The notes: generated from the letters alone by a model not told the origin. A stretch of 59,417 bases of DNA, filler included, from Basidiobolus ranarum (GCA_040143965.1; 8 parts of 8 records of this genome joined end to end with filler, not necessarily neighbours in it), one strand, 5' to 3'; counted from the whole stretch's first letter, positions 1 to 14,091 are shown. Numbers and translations are program-made.

Positions 1-1211
1 TCCATACCCTCTCCAGTGTACCAATGCAAGAAAGCCTTACGACGGAACATGGCAGTGAATTGCTCGTTCACACGTTTGAACAACTCTTGGATAGCAGTAG
101 AGTTACCCAGGAATGTAACAGCCATTTTAAGTCCCTTAGGAGGAATGTCACAAAGTGACACCTTGATGTTGCTAGGAATCCACTCAACAAAGTAGCTAGA
201 GTTTTTCTGTTGAACACTGATCATCTGGTCATCTACTTCTCTCATGGACATGCGACCACGGAACATGGCGGCGCAGGTGAGATAACGACCATGACGAGGG
301 TCTGAGGCAGCCATCATGTTCTTAGCGTCGAACATCTGCTGAGAGAGTTCAGGAACAGACAAAGAACGGAAATCTTGAGAACCACGAGCAGTCAAAGGAG
401 CAAATCCAACCATAAAGAAATGAAGACGGGGGAAGGGAACCATGTTAACAGCTGTCTTTCTTAAATCGGAGTTCAACTGACCAGGGAAACGAAGGGAAGT
501 GGTAGTTCCACTCATGACATTAGATACCAGATGATTCAAATCTCCATAAGTAGGGTTGCTAAGCTTCAAAGTACGGAAGCAAATATCATACAAAGCTTCG
601 TTGTCAATACAGAAAGTCATGTCAGAGTTCTCTACCAGTTGATGAACTGATAAAGTGGCATTGTAAGGCTCAACGACAGTGTCAGAAACCTTGGGAGAAG
701 GAACCACCGAGAAAGTGCACATCATGCGGTCAGGGTACTCTTCGCGCATCTTAGAAATAAGAAGAGTACCTAAACCGGAACCGGTACCACCACCGAGAGA
801 GTGAGTAACTTGGAAACCTTGAAGGCAATCACAATTCTCGGCTTCTTTACGGACGACATCGAGAACAGAGTCCACCAACTCAGCACCCTCAGTATAATGA
901 CCCTTAGCCCAGTTATTACCAGCCCCACTTTGGCCATAAACCATGTTATCAGGACGGAAGAGGCTACCAAGGGCAGAACTACGAATGTGGTCCATAGTTC
1001 CTGGCTCCAAATCGACCAACACGGCACGAGGGACATACTTAGCACCAGCGGCTTCATTATAGTAGACGTTGATTCTCTCAAGTTGAAGATCTGAGTCTCC
1101 AACATAAGAACCAGAGCCATCAATACCATGTTCAGCGGAAATAGTTTCCCAGAACTTATGACCGATTTGGTTACCACATTGACCAGCTTGGACCTGAATA
1201 ATTTCTCTCAT
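1..1211 (-). CDS. TUB2: beta-tubulin, intronless, 3'-truncated at window start
   Basis: Manual translation from ATG at 1211: [17 protein letters not shown]...GGGTGSG...NEALYDIC...[12 protein letters not shown], with no stop before position 1. Missed by the ORF track because it lacks a stop. Confidence 0.98.
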   Translation of the reverse strand, partial: MREIIQVQAGQCGNQIGHKFWETISAEHGIDGSGSYVGDSDLQLERINVYYNEAAGAKYVPRAVLVDLEPGTMDHIRSSALGSLFRPDNMVYGQSGAGNNWAKGHYTEGAELVDSVLDVVRKEAENCDCLQGFQVTHSLGGGTGSGLGTLLISKMREEYPDRMMCTFSVVPSPKVSDTVVEPYNATLSVHQLVENSDMTFCIDNEALYDICFRTLKLSNPTYGDLNHLVSNVMSGTTTSLRFPGQLNSDLRKTAVNMVPFPRLHFFMVGFAPLTARGSQDFRSLSVPELSQQMFDAKNMMAASDPRHGRYLTCAAMFRGRMSMREVDDQMISVQQKNSSYFVEWIPSNIKVSLCDIPPKGLKMAVTFLGNSTAIQELFKRVNEQFTAMFRRKAFLHWYTGEGM

Positions 1212-2963
1212 GGTGGGCGTGCAATCAACTGCAAAGGAAGATATTGATAACGAAAGAGGTGTTGCTTTCAAGAAGAAACAGAAGACCTATTTTATATCAA
1301 CTGTAAATTACCGAGAATTGTTTTGAGATTGGAAGAGTATGAATGCGCTTTGATTGGATCAAATAAGAATGCAATCAATGATATTGAGGCTGTGAGTACC
1401 AATAAGACCTGATTGGGGGTGAGGTGATGGAGGGGGAGGGAATTTTAAACATGGGCAAAATGCATAGGATATATATTACTGCTCGGGATCAAATAGGTTA
1501 ATTTGAAAAGCGGGCATTTTCTGGTGATCTGGTTGACCCGAATTTTAGAGAGTGCCATGTTTTGTTTGATGGATAGGATTTACGATCCAGCTGTTATTAC
1601 TGAGCTTTGATACAATAGCACCATTGACAGGAGTGATCATTCAGCATCGCTAAAAGCACAGTGATATTCCAATAAGTAAGCCAGTGTGTTACAAAGAACT
1701 GACATGTACATGGTGTACATTAGTGGTAAAATCAGAGAGCTGGTCATCTGAGCAATTTGAGTTGGTGGGATTTCCCCGTGGTCTTCGATACTTTTAAGTA
1801 AGCATGCATTTCGAGAGCTTTACGAATTGGCCATCTGCTGAGCGCTAAATGGAGTATGAGTGATGAACTGCTCACTAGCATGCGCAGCCCGTAGGATCTC
1901 TGGACTCTCCAGCACAGCGTTCTGGACATTGGCTGTACACCAATAGCACACTTTCTTGAGCACTAGGTTAAGTAGTGATCAAGATGGTGATTTTGGTTAC
2001 TGGCCATCAAAGATTGCGTAAACATGGCAGGATCCTTAGACATTATTGAAATTGTAATAGAATTAGGAAAGCTCAAGTTAGATAAGTGATTCATCGTTGA
2101 TATCTAGACCCTGTACCTAGTCTGATTCACAGAACTGATTGAGCTCTTAAGGAACACAAAATCGAAAAAAAATATTTTGGGTAACTGCAACGGTAGCCTT
2201 GTTTCATTGTTCGAGTCTTGATTTTCAAATCAGCATATTCTAATCATTGCTGGACTGTCTGAAGGGTGCATGCCCGTTGACAATCCCGGCCACTACACTC
2301 TACTAGAAGTTGAAGTCCATGCACATTACGAAGCCTTACTTAGTATTAACCAGTTATGCACTCTATGTCATAGAACAACTGGCAAGAAGTCACTAGGGAT
2401 ACATTACTGTCCATGCTTATCATCGCTATAGCTCACTTTGTAAATGTCCATATGCTAAAAACATACGCGCGCCAATCATAGCCCTTTGTATGCACATTAT
2501 GTTGTGTTTCTCTAGTATTCTTAGCAGCTGTGCATCCCTAAAGTATTCTAGAAAACATAATCTACGTTTGACTACTCTACACAAACAGAATCAGCCAGTA
2601 CTGCTAAGTTGACTGCTCAGAGTGCTGATAAACCTTTAAACAAGATGCATCTCGTCAATGACTAAATGAACAGAAGATATTTATCTATCCAACAGAATTG
2701 TGGAATTGTTCTTATTTGAAATAAAGAGGAGCTTGCGGTAACACAGTAAACGATAAAGATGTGGTCAGTAATTAAATAGGGATATGGTATTCAGCCTTGT
2801 CAAACTCTAATCTTTTCTACGAGAAATACAGAAGACACTGAGTCGGTGCGGAATTGGTTCTGAAAATTACCTATCTGACACAAGCTATGGCAAGGGGCGG
2901 TATATGTTATGTCGTAGTCTATAGAGAACCTAGAGGTGTTGAGTTGTAATGTGAGCCAGCGAG

Positions 2964-4408
2964 TTAAATGATCAATGAAGTCATGTCCTTACCCTCTTTT
3001 TCGTTGATAAACACTCTTCTTTGAATGGGTATCGATGTTGGTAACGTCGATTCTAACTTCGGTTGTTTGATTTTCGAATATGTGTAAACCAAGCCGGAGA
3101 AGAATCCTTGGTAATTTGCATACATTAGTAAAACGACAACCAAAGAGTATGAGTATCCAAAACAATCAAAGTACCAAGTAGAATGGCAATAATCCCTCCT
3201 TTAGTGACCGGATCTTTAAAGTAAGCCATTGCGACAATTGCCATAGGTAGTTTGTTCAAAGCACCCACCATACTACATAGAGATTAGTATTGGTTCACGA
3301 TACGTGCTAAACCTCATTATCGTTACCTGTAGGTAGTCGAGTTGCTCATTCGAATGCACCAGGCACTGCAGTAACTGATCATAAACGAACTGCACCCACT
3401 GATTAAGATGGCAAAGACGAAGGATTTTAGCTCCTTGGAATGCTCATCATCCCGACTATATGATTTGATAGACAAGCATCAGTATTTCCCAGGAACAAAG
3501 CACCAACATTAAGTACATAAGTCACTTACTAGTAAGTAACGAGTCCGCCCCAGTTCTCAGATATCAAACTCATGAACACAAAGATCGGAACGATCATAAG
3601 ATTGTTGTAGTAAACCGTATCAAAATCTTTAAAATTAACTAGCTTGATAATCTTCCGCAAATATAACACGTATAAGGCGGAGGAGAGGCAATTAACAAAC
3701 ATCCAAAAATATCCCTCGAGGTTAAATTCAATATCGTTCCAGCCTCCAACTAACGAGCTTAAAATCTAGATACATTTTGGTTAACTAATTGCAAGCGTAA
3801 TGTATCTAGAATGCTGATTACCATCAAAATGAACGACATTAACATCCAGTTTGTTACGGGAATGCGGAACATTATTTTTTCTCCGTATGCGACTAGAATT
3901 ATGGTAAGGTTCTTGAAGATGGTGAACAGTGGAACTCGTAGAAATTGAAGGCTAGAGAGGAAAAGGTTATTAGAATGACAATAAAGATCACAAATCATAC
4001 TACGAAAGTCGAAGTGCCTTTTTCCACCAGTATACAACATGATTGACATAAGTATAGAAACGGGTAACCCTATTTTCAAGAAATATTGGTTATTTTCAAA
4101 GTGTGATAGAAGATTCAAGACGACTCGCTGCTATGTCGAGTGATAATAAGTAACTCCTAGAAGCATGAAGGTTTCTACTTACAGGTTCTCATGTCTTCCG
4201 AATTCAACTTTCGGTGCTCGATCATCCCAAACTTGGCAAAGCTCTTTACCAAAGTTATACAACACATCGACTGTATCGCTAATATAAGAAAAACCGGATG
4301 TTGTGAGAATTCAGATAAAACCAACTTGTTCACCAAGGTCATAAACACCGAGGCAAAGCAGTAGGCAAATATGGGGCCCAAAGAACGTAAACTCGGTAAT
4401 TGGATCAT
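2964..4408 (-). CDS. VRG4: Golgi GDP-mannose transporter (nucleotide-sugar transporter), multi-exon
   Basis: Exons encode [77 protein letters not shown] and [12 protein letters not shown]. Stop at 2964-2966; short GT-AG introns. Confidence 0.9.
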
Positions 4409-4861
4409 TCAAAAATCTGAATGTTGGTGGCAGTGTTAGAGTAAAGAACGTATCCAAAATTCTAATAATCACAGTTGTATATCAAACCCCACCTGAATAA
4501 GAATTTGGTGACTCAAAATATCCTTTACTCTTTTTTAACACTATTATTTTATAGGAATACAGCACATTCTTATTTCAAGGGATCTATTGGGATAAACAAT
4601 TATCATCTAATACGCCAAGTTTCATCTATTTCGGGGATCATAAATGAATGTCAGCCTAATATAACTACACAAGTATGATCTTTTTCAAGATCGGTTGTTC
4701 CTTTAATAGGTTTCTGATAAAATTGTATTTATTTACAGCGAATCTGTGGTTCTATTTAATTATAGGATCTATGGGTTCTGGGATGATTGATTTTGGGTAA
4801 TATCTGGGAGTAAATATCATCATTCTGTTAAAGTAGTTTATCGGTCAATACAATGAAAATA

Positions 4862-7361
4862 TCATTGCCACTCGTTTGTTAGCTCACCCTCAAAAACCAA
4901 TTGAGTCTTTGTGCCGAACATATGTTGAATAGAGTCCTGGATTTCGTTAGGGGTTCTGGAGATCCTTCTTGTTTTTTCTTGACGATAGAGTGTATTTTTA
5001 ATATCATCTGAAGGCGGCAACACGATATGGCTATGTACTTCTTTAGTTCTATTACGTACTCTTGGGGTTTCCTGGGATTTTAATGGAGATTTGGCCAAGC
5101 GATTTCTCAAGGCAAAGCCATAATTAGGATGTGTAGATCTTACTAAATGAGTGGCGTTGCCCTTTTTTAATACTGCTTCCTGCGGTTCTTTAGGTTTGGC
5201 GACTTCACTTGGATTTGTTTCATTCTTACGCCGATCTGGGTTGAATTGATCCATTTTATCTTCCGTCCGTCTTCTTCCGTCTCTAGTGCGAATCGATTTA
5301 CGACGTGATAAAGAAGTTGGCCTTGTACGAAGGGTTGGGATTCGGAAAGATCCTGTACTTGCATCGTATACAGGGGATCGCAGACTTGACTCTAATGCTA
5401 CCAGACAAACATACAGAGGTTAAAATTGGGGTTCAAAAGATATCATGAATGTTGGATAAATACATAAATACCTGTTTCGACTTCTTTGTATGATTCCGAG
5501 TTTGTTGGGTCTGTATTAAGATAGTTGTCTCCTTCAATATTGGAAAGTCCTAAACTTTCGTCAACTTGCACTACATTTAATTCTTCGCAGCCTAGATATA
5601 GGATGTAATTCCATTGTTCAGTCTATTGTGAGTTAACCTCAGGTGCGATAACTAACCGAAAATCATACTGACCGTCATCTTCAATCTCTTCCATCACAAG
5701 ATCCTCAATTCTAGATAAGTGTTTTAGAGTTTTTGGGTGTACTTCACTGATCTCTGACAACTCGTTGTCATAGTATTGTGGTGGTGTGCGTGGTGGATTT
5801 ACGAACGGTTTTTGGGAATTAAGTGCGAGTGGTTGATTTTCCAATTCGAAGCTATCATCGACATATTTTCTTGAGGTAACTGGAAATCCTTCACTTACAA
5901 TCTCTTTGAACACTGAATCAGCACTTGCTCTTGACCGAAGGTGATTAATTTCTCGGCCAGAGGTAACGTAAGGTGGTGGTTCCAGCGATGTTTGGTGTAC
6001 TATTAGGAGAGGGAGTTGGATAACAATAGAACTAGCAACAGAACATCTCACCGTTAGTCATTCTTCTCAACTAGCGAGATATAATATAAAATGGTATCCC
6101 TTACTTGAGTGTTCGGATTAGTGTTACCTGTATTATGTAGGATACATCCAATAATCGCGAACGTCTCACTGTTCTAGCGTCACTCTTGATGGGGAAAATA
6201 TTAGTGTGTGCTGTATAAATAAGAAGGCCAATGTTTTTATACCGGAATCTGCAATCGAAGAGTGCACTCTCGTTCCACTCCATTATCAAGACCTATCAGG
6301 ATCGACTTGCTCTTGCATACTTGACTTGCTAGAGTGGTTTGATAAGAGACTACGGGTTCAGTAAGATTCTTGGACGAGTAGGCTTTGAAGCATTGAACGA
6401 GAGATAATTTGATAGCTGAGATCTATATATTATATATTCCATTTTAATAATGAACCCACAATTGAAAACCTTGTCCAATTTCTACCTTTCTTCGAGTTTC
6501 GTTGCGGATTCGGATTCTAACTGGAATCTCATTACCAGCTGGCCAGATCTGTTTCAGCAAAGAGCATTGGACTTTTATCATCCCTTTACCTCCTAAGAAC
6601 AACTGCCTTTGGCATTCAGTGATCACAGGAAATCTCAATAGGTGAGGTAATTCTGTATTAGGATCTATCCCCTCGTACACAATAGCTTCGTGATGGGTGA
6701 TCAAGTTTCTCTTTCTATTGTGGAATGCTATCTCAACTGAGCTATTAAGTTACTTAGTATTGTTGCAGATAATGGAAAGATACGCATGTCTATATGTACC
6801 CAGCAATAATGTAGCGGATCTCGGAAAACTGGTTGGAAAACACGCTTGGTACTGTCTCGGGTAGGCTCAATGTAAATGGCAGAAAAGTCTTCCCTCTTTT
6901 TGCTGGCCACATTCCATCCGGACCCGGAGGCTCCATAGATAATTCGGGTGCAGCGCCTGTTTCAGCAGATTGTAGAGTTGTGGGCAACACCAAGAATATA
7001 TGTCTATTGCATCTAGTTGAGATCCCGCGTTTGATATTCGGCTTATCCACAATCTCTGATTAGGAGGATACTTGTCAATGAAGTGATTCAGGCAAAAGAA
7101 TCAACACAGGAATTACCTTCGAAACCGATTACCTCCACACCAATTTTACCGATGTGTAGCTTCAATTCTGTAGAGCATTCAATCTCTAATCGACCCTGAA
7201 TATTGAAACCACCCACATGCAAAGGATTATCCAGATGTATTCTTATCTTTACTTTGGGATGTCTGGTGGTTATGTTGTTAGCGCGTAAACTTAAAGAAAG
7301 AGAGTTCCTGGATCGATAGAATATCTGCCCAGCCGGCGAAATAGTGTTATTCGCAGGAATT
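4862..7361 (-). CDS. arrestin-domain (alpha-arrestin-like) protein, multi-exon, 5'-truncated by contig end
   Basis: Exons: KIRIHLDNPLHVGGFNIQGRLEIEC..VEVIGFE, FLPFTLSLPETVPSVF..EIRYIIAG, GNEIPVRIRIRNETRRKV, LDVSYIIQVTL; PPPY motif followed by a low-complexity tail. The 3' exon structure is approximate. Confidence 0.72.
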
Positions 7362-7461
7362 NNNNNNNNNNNNNNNNNNNNNNNNNNNNNNNNNNNNNNN
7401 NNNNNTTAATTAATTAANNNNNNNNNNNNNNNNNNNNNNNNNNNNNNNNNNNNNNNNNNNN
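7362..7461. other. artificial contig-joining spacer
   Basis: 44 N + TTAATTAATTAA (stops in all six frames) + 44 N. Identical spacers at 14814-14913, 22258-22357, 29698-29797, 37130-37229, 44561-44660 and 51992-52091. Confidence 0.98.
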
Positions 7462-8124
7462 CAATGGCTGGGGGATCTTAGCAATAGCAATAGAACCAGC
7501 ACCGAATCCACACACTGCAAATCCAGCCGCCAGTCCACGACGATCTGGGAACCATTTCTGCAATGCTGATACTGGAGAAATATAACCAAGACCAAGACCG
7601 AAGCCACCGATGATACCATATCCAATGTACAATAGCCACATTTGCTTGAAATGAATAGCCATGGCTGCGATTAAGTTTCCTAAGTAGAAAAGACTCGCCG
7701 AGAGGATTGCTCCCTTTCTGGGACCGTTTCTCTCGAGCCAGGGGCCCATGGTGGCAGAAGATAGACCAAACATTCCTACTGCGATAGAGAAGGTATTGGG
7801 TGCTAAACCGGCGTTTTTATCCCCACTTATATGTAAATCAATCATACTATTAAATACACTCCATGCATATAGTGAACCACAGCAGAACTGAATTAGCACC
7901 GCGGCTGGCATCAGTAACCAACGGTTGAAGACGACATCCCCGTAAAGATAACGTTCTTTCTCGATCTGTTCGGGAGTCCGGTTATTAGTGGTAGTGCCGT
8001 AGTGCCATTGAATGAATGCAAGAACTCGATTCGAAGAAGTAACATGATTCACAGAATCATCCTTGGTTGCTGCAGTGATTGAGTGAGCATTTTTCTCGCT
8101 TTCTGGACCGAAGATTTGGGACAT
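7462..8124 (-). CDS. MFS transporter, oxalate/formate antiporter (OFA/MCT-like) family, 3'-truncated
   Basis: WLLMPAAVLIQFCCGSLYAWSVFN, GPWLERNGPR (MFS motif A), GLGLGYISPVSALQKWFPDRRGLAAGFAVCGFGAG. Confidence 0.9.
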
Positions 8125-10563
8125 TTGTCAACTTCAATGTCAAACGAATGTAACTTGAGAATAGAATGAGCAGCCTTCACCTTATTTATAGCTCCATAAG
8201 CTTCTTTGCACACATGTTATGGGTAATAAGTCAAGCCTCACCCGACAACAAGCCTCACCCGACCATGAGAAACATAAGTGTACTACCTCATCTACTTGGT
8301 GATCTCGTCTTTTTCTTCTATATTAAGTTTTGATTTTGAATACAGTGATCATCCACCAGTGATCTTCCATCAGTACCATATAGGGTTTAATGATAAAAAC
8401 TGATGAGTCAGTCTTTTGAAATAAGGTTTAAACACTAAACTCTATGTGAATTTGCCCTCTTAACCTAAGCTTTTTTGGCTCACGTATTAACATCCTTACT
8501 CTCACCGATTCTTACGTGCATTGGTCATTCCTTAGCGCTATAAATTATAAACGAATCACTCAGTACATATAGAACCCATTTCTATGTATTCCAATATCTG
8601 ACTCACATGTGCTCTGTTTATGCTATTATAGACGTTCGAAGGGCCTAGCATCTACTGTAGTACAGTATTGATAATGACTCGTTTAATACGATCAATAGTA
8701 AAGTCAGTAACATGGCTGACACGAATAGTGCGAGATAAATACTGACACAAGTTGTGTGTGATTGATGGTTGAGTAATGTGAGATTAAGTCACAAGTAACG
8801 TGAGATATTATTGATCTAGTTCCATCTAACACTCTCATGGCTGTCAAGCTCGCACTATCAATGAATCAACATAGCCTCTATTCAAGAAGCTGCTATACAA
8901 CTACTATTCAGGTTTAAAGTCAGAAAATATGCCGAAATGTCTCGGACAAATTTAATGAAGTTTGTTATGAAGTGTGAACATACAACAGGAATACTTATTA
9001 TATTTATACTTCCCCAGATCCCTCGACTCCTGAATAGATGATCCTATACACAAACAAATCCCATTTTGAGATACTGTCTCTAATCAGCCACTGCAAGTGT
9101 GAATTGGCCCAATACTCGTGAACTACTTGGCTGAATCAGTGTGAAAGTAACATATTGAATCTGTACGAGGAGTGCCCAACTGGCATGTTACGAAAGTAGT
9201 GGTTTGAATTGAATCAGTGTGGAAGCAATTCGGTGACACATAGATTCCGTTCTACCCTGAATCCACTCACGTCCACTGAGAAATACCTCGGTTAAATCTT
9301 CGGTTGAATAAAAAGTGATTTTCTATTCAATTGAGAGAAAGATGAGAAGAAATTTCCTGTGGCTATCTCACGAGATAGTGAACCAGGTTATACCTAGATA
9401 TTTACCAGATATTGGCCTACCATTCCAAAACTAGTTTACCTAATCGTTAGACCTTTGGCGCGTGATTCAATAGTGCTTCCTCAGAAATGGAAACCAAACA
9501 GAACTCCATCTGCTCAGCTGACCTTGACTGGTGACCCTGTTGATGTAACATATGCCCTGGTGCTATGGATTTTCGTGTATTAAATGAGTCAATATTCTCA
9601 GTCGAAAAAGAAATCAATGAGACCCAAATGTGGGTTGAAGGGACGCTAAATGCAGGGCGTCTTTGGTGGTGCAACTTTCTCTAAAAACCTCTGCTTCTCT
9701 GTGAACATTGCTAGAGATGCTTTACCAGAGATGGTCTCTTGTAACTAGCATAAGCTGCTTGTCATATGCTACCATGCACGCGATAGAGTTTAATTAAGCT
9801 ACCTCATCTCATCTCATCCCAGACCAGACCAGGCCTGTTACCATTACTCCTGGAAATCAATGAATCTGAGATTGCTTCGGATTACTTGGATCACATTGGT
9901 GTGAACAAATCTATTGACAATATAAACCATAAGCGTACAATTGCGGGTACAGTTGTGGGTACAATTATGGGTAATACAACAACAATTATCAGATTGTTGG
10001 ATTGTTTCATGATGCAAAAGCACGATTGTAGTCAGCACCAAACACTCCACATAAATACTTGACATCATGAAAACACCCACCATTACAAATGTTGAAGAAG
10101 AATTCGTTACACATGGACCCAGTGCGCTTCGTCTTGGAGAACATGTGGAAGGTGTTTCTGCTATTTTTTCTAGCTCATGAATTCAGCGTGAAGTATTCCT
10201 CCGTCAAAAAACGTGCCATTCAATCCAAATGAAATTCATTTGTATTAACGCATAGATAGCATAGACACTTGTATAATAAACCATTTTATCTTTGACAGCT
10301 CACCCAAGCTACCATTTACAGGGTTACCTAGCCTAAGCACCCTTGTACTCGATGGATGGAGCAAGGTCTATATTCTTAATCCAAATATGATACACTAATA
10401 ATAAATTATCAATCAAAGAGTAATTTGTATACCCCACTGTTGGCCTCATGTTGATGTTTGTTACATGCTACAATCATTTGTCTGTACAACGAAAACCAAT
10501 TTTCTTTTCACTTTATCCAAGTGCCCTACCTGAAAAGAGCAACACTTTCCCAAGCTTTGAACC

Positions 10564-11525
10564 ATGCTGAACCGTTATTTCTATCGATTTTTCTTAACTA
10601 CTATATTCTTTTCTATTGCTTTATTTACTCTATATTGTTCCAAAAAATATTTATCTATAACGAATGCCGATCTCGCGTTTTCTTCTTTCATGCCTGTTAA
10701 AATTCAAACCTTGAATATCATAGAGCAGCAGAAACGTTTGATTGTTATTGGTGATGTACATGGATGTTTAAATAGTTTTGAGAGATTAATTGAGAAGCTT
10801 GACGTGACTGCCGAAGATGTCATTGTTTTGGCTGGTGACTTGGTAGCTAAAGGACCGGATTCCCTCGGTGTATTAAGAAAAGCTAAGGAATTGGGAGCAT
10901 TATGCGTTCGTGGTAACCATGACGATGAAGTCTTACGCTGGAAAAAATATCTCAATACAGTTACGGAAGAACTTCTAGAAGAAAGCAACTTACCCAACGG
11001 ATTAGTATTTGGTGAACATCAAGAGATTGCAAGGTAAATTTTTCAGAGGGTATTCTTTCACCCATAATCTTTAGAACCTTTACTAAAAACTCGTCTTCTA
11101 TCTTTTTCATAATATTTTAAAGCTCTTTACCTGAGGAATTATTTAGTTATTTAGTGAGTTGTCCAGTTATCTTATCAGTACCACAATACGAACTTTTAAT
11201 TGTTCATGGAGGTGTTGATCCAACCAAATCTTTAGAAGTTCAAGACGAATATGTAGTTATGAATATTAGAAATATTCTTGATAATGGTTCACCTACTCGA
11301 AAGACTTCTCATGGAACTTCTTGGTCTAAAATATGGAACAGAATTCAATCAACTAAAGAACACCCTACTACCATTGTTTATGGACATGCCGCAGTACGCG
11401 GTTTAAGTGTCAAACCATATTCCATCGGACTAGATACCGGTTGTGTTAAAGGAAAAGAATTAACTGCCATGATGTTTCCATCTAAAGAATTGATCAGCGT
11501 TAAATGTCACAAACATGATCTTTAA
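10564..11525 (+). CDS. calcineurin-like metallophosphoesterase (Ppn2/ApaH-like) with N-terminal membrane anchor; intron 11034-11122
   Basis: GDVHGC, GDLVAKGPDS, VRGNHD, VHGG, YGH and GLDTGCV motifs; the GT...AG intron restores the frame. Confidence 0.88.
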
Positions 11526-11651
11526 CCTAGAAAATCTCATAACATATTCCATTGAATAGATAGATTCAGTTTTTCGCCCTTAGATATGTAAATTCATTAA
11601 ACCATTGAAAAGATATTTCGAATATTTATTGAAATTAAACTTGAACCACTT

Positions 11652-12338
11652 TTAAAGTTTCTTGGTTTGAGATTTTAATTGACGACGATAAATACTAATC
11701 GCTTTACCAACATTGTTTTGAAGTCGACGTTTAAAGCTTGGTCGGTAGCCCAATTGAAATATTATCTCAAAGAACACGAAAAATGGTGCGAATAACAAAG
11801 CTATCAAAATGGAATTAATAATTTAGAAATCATAGGGTAGATATTGATATGTCATTCTTACCTTGTGCGATATTGTCCAATAAGGCAGGGGCTCGCTTCT
11901 CATGGAAAGCGTGTGTATAGAATTGACATATCCAAGCGAAAACATGGATGAAAATCGCTGTCTTATTAGCTTGAGTATGTGTCAAAAAGAAGTGAGTAGC
12001 GTGATAAGCCATTCCACCAAGAATCGGTGCATATAAAAGCTAGAGGAATAAAAAAACCAAGCATTAATATGGTGTGAGGAGTGAGGAAAAGTGAAAAAAC
12101 TTACACCGGCTACTGGTTCCAAATAGATATAGAAGAGACTATATGCTAAAGAAACCAAGGCTGGTACATATACATTCCCTAGAATTTCAGTTGAGGTCAC
12201 AACTCCAATATTCATTACGAATACTAAAGCGGACCAGTATATGAGTGGAACACAGATAACATGACAGAGTATGTTGATCTTGTTCGAGTGGTACTGGCCG
12301 TAAAAAGTGAATTGGTTCTCAAAGTTCAGAAAGCTCAT
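11652..12338 (-). CDS. MPO1: Mpo1/YGL010w-like (DUF962) 2-hydroxy fatty acid dioxygenase, 3 exons
   Basis: MSFLNFENQFTFYGQYHSNKINILCHVICVP, HVFAWICQF..HAFHEKRAPALLDN, LLFAPFFVFFEIIFQLGYRP; stop at 11652-11654. Confidence 0.88.
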
Positions 12339-12794
12339 GACAACGTCTTTTACAAGTCCAACAATAATCGCAGTCAATGATGATGGGTGATATTTGTAGT
12401 GAAGTCTTGGGGAACAGATTTCAATTAATCACATTACCAAGAAAAACGGATTACAAATTTGAAAACATTCGCTAAAACCATGGGAAGAATTGTTTCAACT
12501 GCCAAAGTTGGTTATATTTAAGTACATATTTATGCACAATGGTTGATCCTGACATTTCTTATTTAAATGTAATCGAGCCTTGGTTTAACAGCATAGGTTG
12601 GTTATGTTTAAGTACACTTTTATGCACAATGACTATCCTTGACATTTATTATTGAAAAAAAAGATGGTTTTAAAGTGATGACCATAAAACGGTCACCCAC
12701 TTTTTTTTCTACTATTCGTAAAAAAATCGGTCGAAAATTTTCAAAGTATTATATTAAAACTCGAGTGAGTGCTGAGCATACGGTATCTGCAACC

Positions 12795-14091
12795 ATGTCT
12801 TCCGAACTCAAAAACAAGATTCTTAAGCAAGTTGAATTCTATTTCAGCGACTCCAACTTACCCAAAGACAAGTTCTTAAGTGGTCTCACTAACAGCAACG
12901 ATGGTTGTATCCTTTTTCTTCTGTGCTGTATTTGGTGTTCGTATATGCTATTCTATGACCTTCGCGTTATCCTTAACTTTCAACCATTCTAAAAGGGGTC
13001 TCTATTGCTACCATTGCTTCTTTCAAGCGTATGCGTCAATTTACCGATAAGGATCTGATCGTTGAAGCTCTCAAGGAATCCCCCGAACTTCTTGAAGTTA
13101 ATGAGGATGGTACCATGGTCAGAAGAAGCAAGCCCATTGAGAACTTGGCCGCTGACTTCAAACGTTTTGTTTACGTTGTAGGTGCTTTTATTTAGAAACT
13201 CCCGAGAAAATACGCGTATTAAAGTACACCCCGTTATTTTTTTATTGGTTATTCCTAATTTTTAGAAAGGATTCCCCGAAGAATATCCCGAACTTCAAGA
13301 AGAGTTGGAACAATTCTTCGAACAACACGGAAAGGTATTGAGTGTTCGTATGAGAAGAGCCAAGCCTGGAAATAGTTTCAAGGTAGATACACATTTATTC
13401 TTCAATGTATCAACATCCCACTAACTTGTATCCAAGGGATCTGTATTTGTTGAGTTAGCTAACGCCGAAGAGGCTAGCGAATTGGCCGCCAAGAGTCTCA
13501 AATTCAAGGAAGCTGATTTGATCGTGATGAGAAGGTTTCTATCTAGAATTCATTTTATACTGTAAATTTTCAACTAATCTCAACGCCACTATTTAGGGAT
13601 GCTTATCATGCTATGAAGGAGAAGGAATATGGAAATAAGAAGCCCAACAACAAGAACAAAAAGGGTGATTCCAAGAAGACTCGTGATGTGCCCAAGGGTC
13701 GCTTGCTTCATTTCAAGGGTGTTGGTCCCAGCATTACTTGGGAAGATATCAAAGCCCGTCTTGGCGTTGCTGGAACCGTTGTCTTTGTCAAATATAACTC
13801 AGGTGACAACGAGGGTGTTGCCCAATTCAAGGAAACCATTGTCGACAGCATGGTAGAGAAGTTGACCCAAGATACCGAATTGATTTTCGATGGTGTCAAG
13901 CCAGAGTTCAGAGTCTTGAATGGTATGTTCTATAGATATTAGCTAGATCAGTGATCATATATTAACTTTCTATTTATGACTTAGATGAAGAAGTACAAGA
14001 ATTCTATGACAACAAGAATTCCAACAAGAGAAAGGCTGAAGATGAACCTGAAGTCGTTGCTGAAGCCAAAACTATTAAAACTGATAATTAA
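12795..14091 (+). CDS. LHP1: La autoantigen homolog (La motif, RRM1, RRM2), multi-exon
   Basis: KILKQVEFYFSDSNLPKDKFL, IATIASFKRMR, FKGSVFVE (RNP1), a second RRM-like region GRLLHFKG..WEDIK..GVAQF, and a basic KRKAE tail. Confidence 0.92.

Noticed and set aside
770-1177. ORF-track ORFs 770-1177 and 801-1094
   Set aside because: Alternative-frame and antisense shadows of beta-tubulin.
7406-7417. Recurrent TTAATTAATTAA motif
   Set aside because: Artificial six-frame stop linker inside N runs.
9844-10180. Short ORFs with 12-bp GTACAATTGCGG-like reiterations
   Set aside because: No recognisable family or reliable gene structure.
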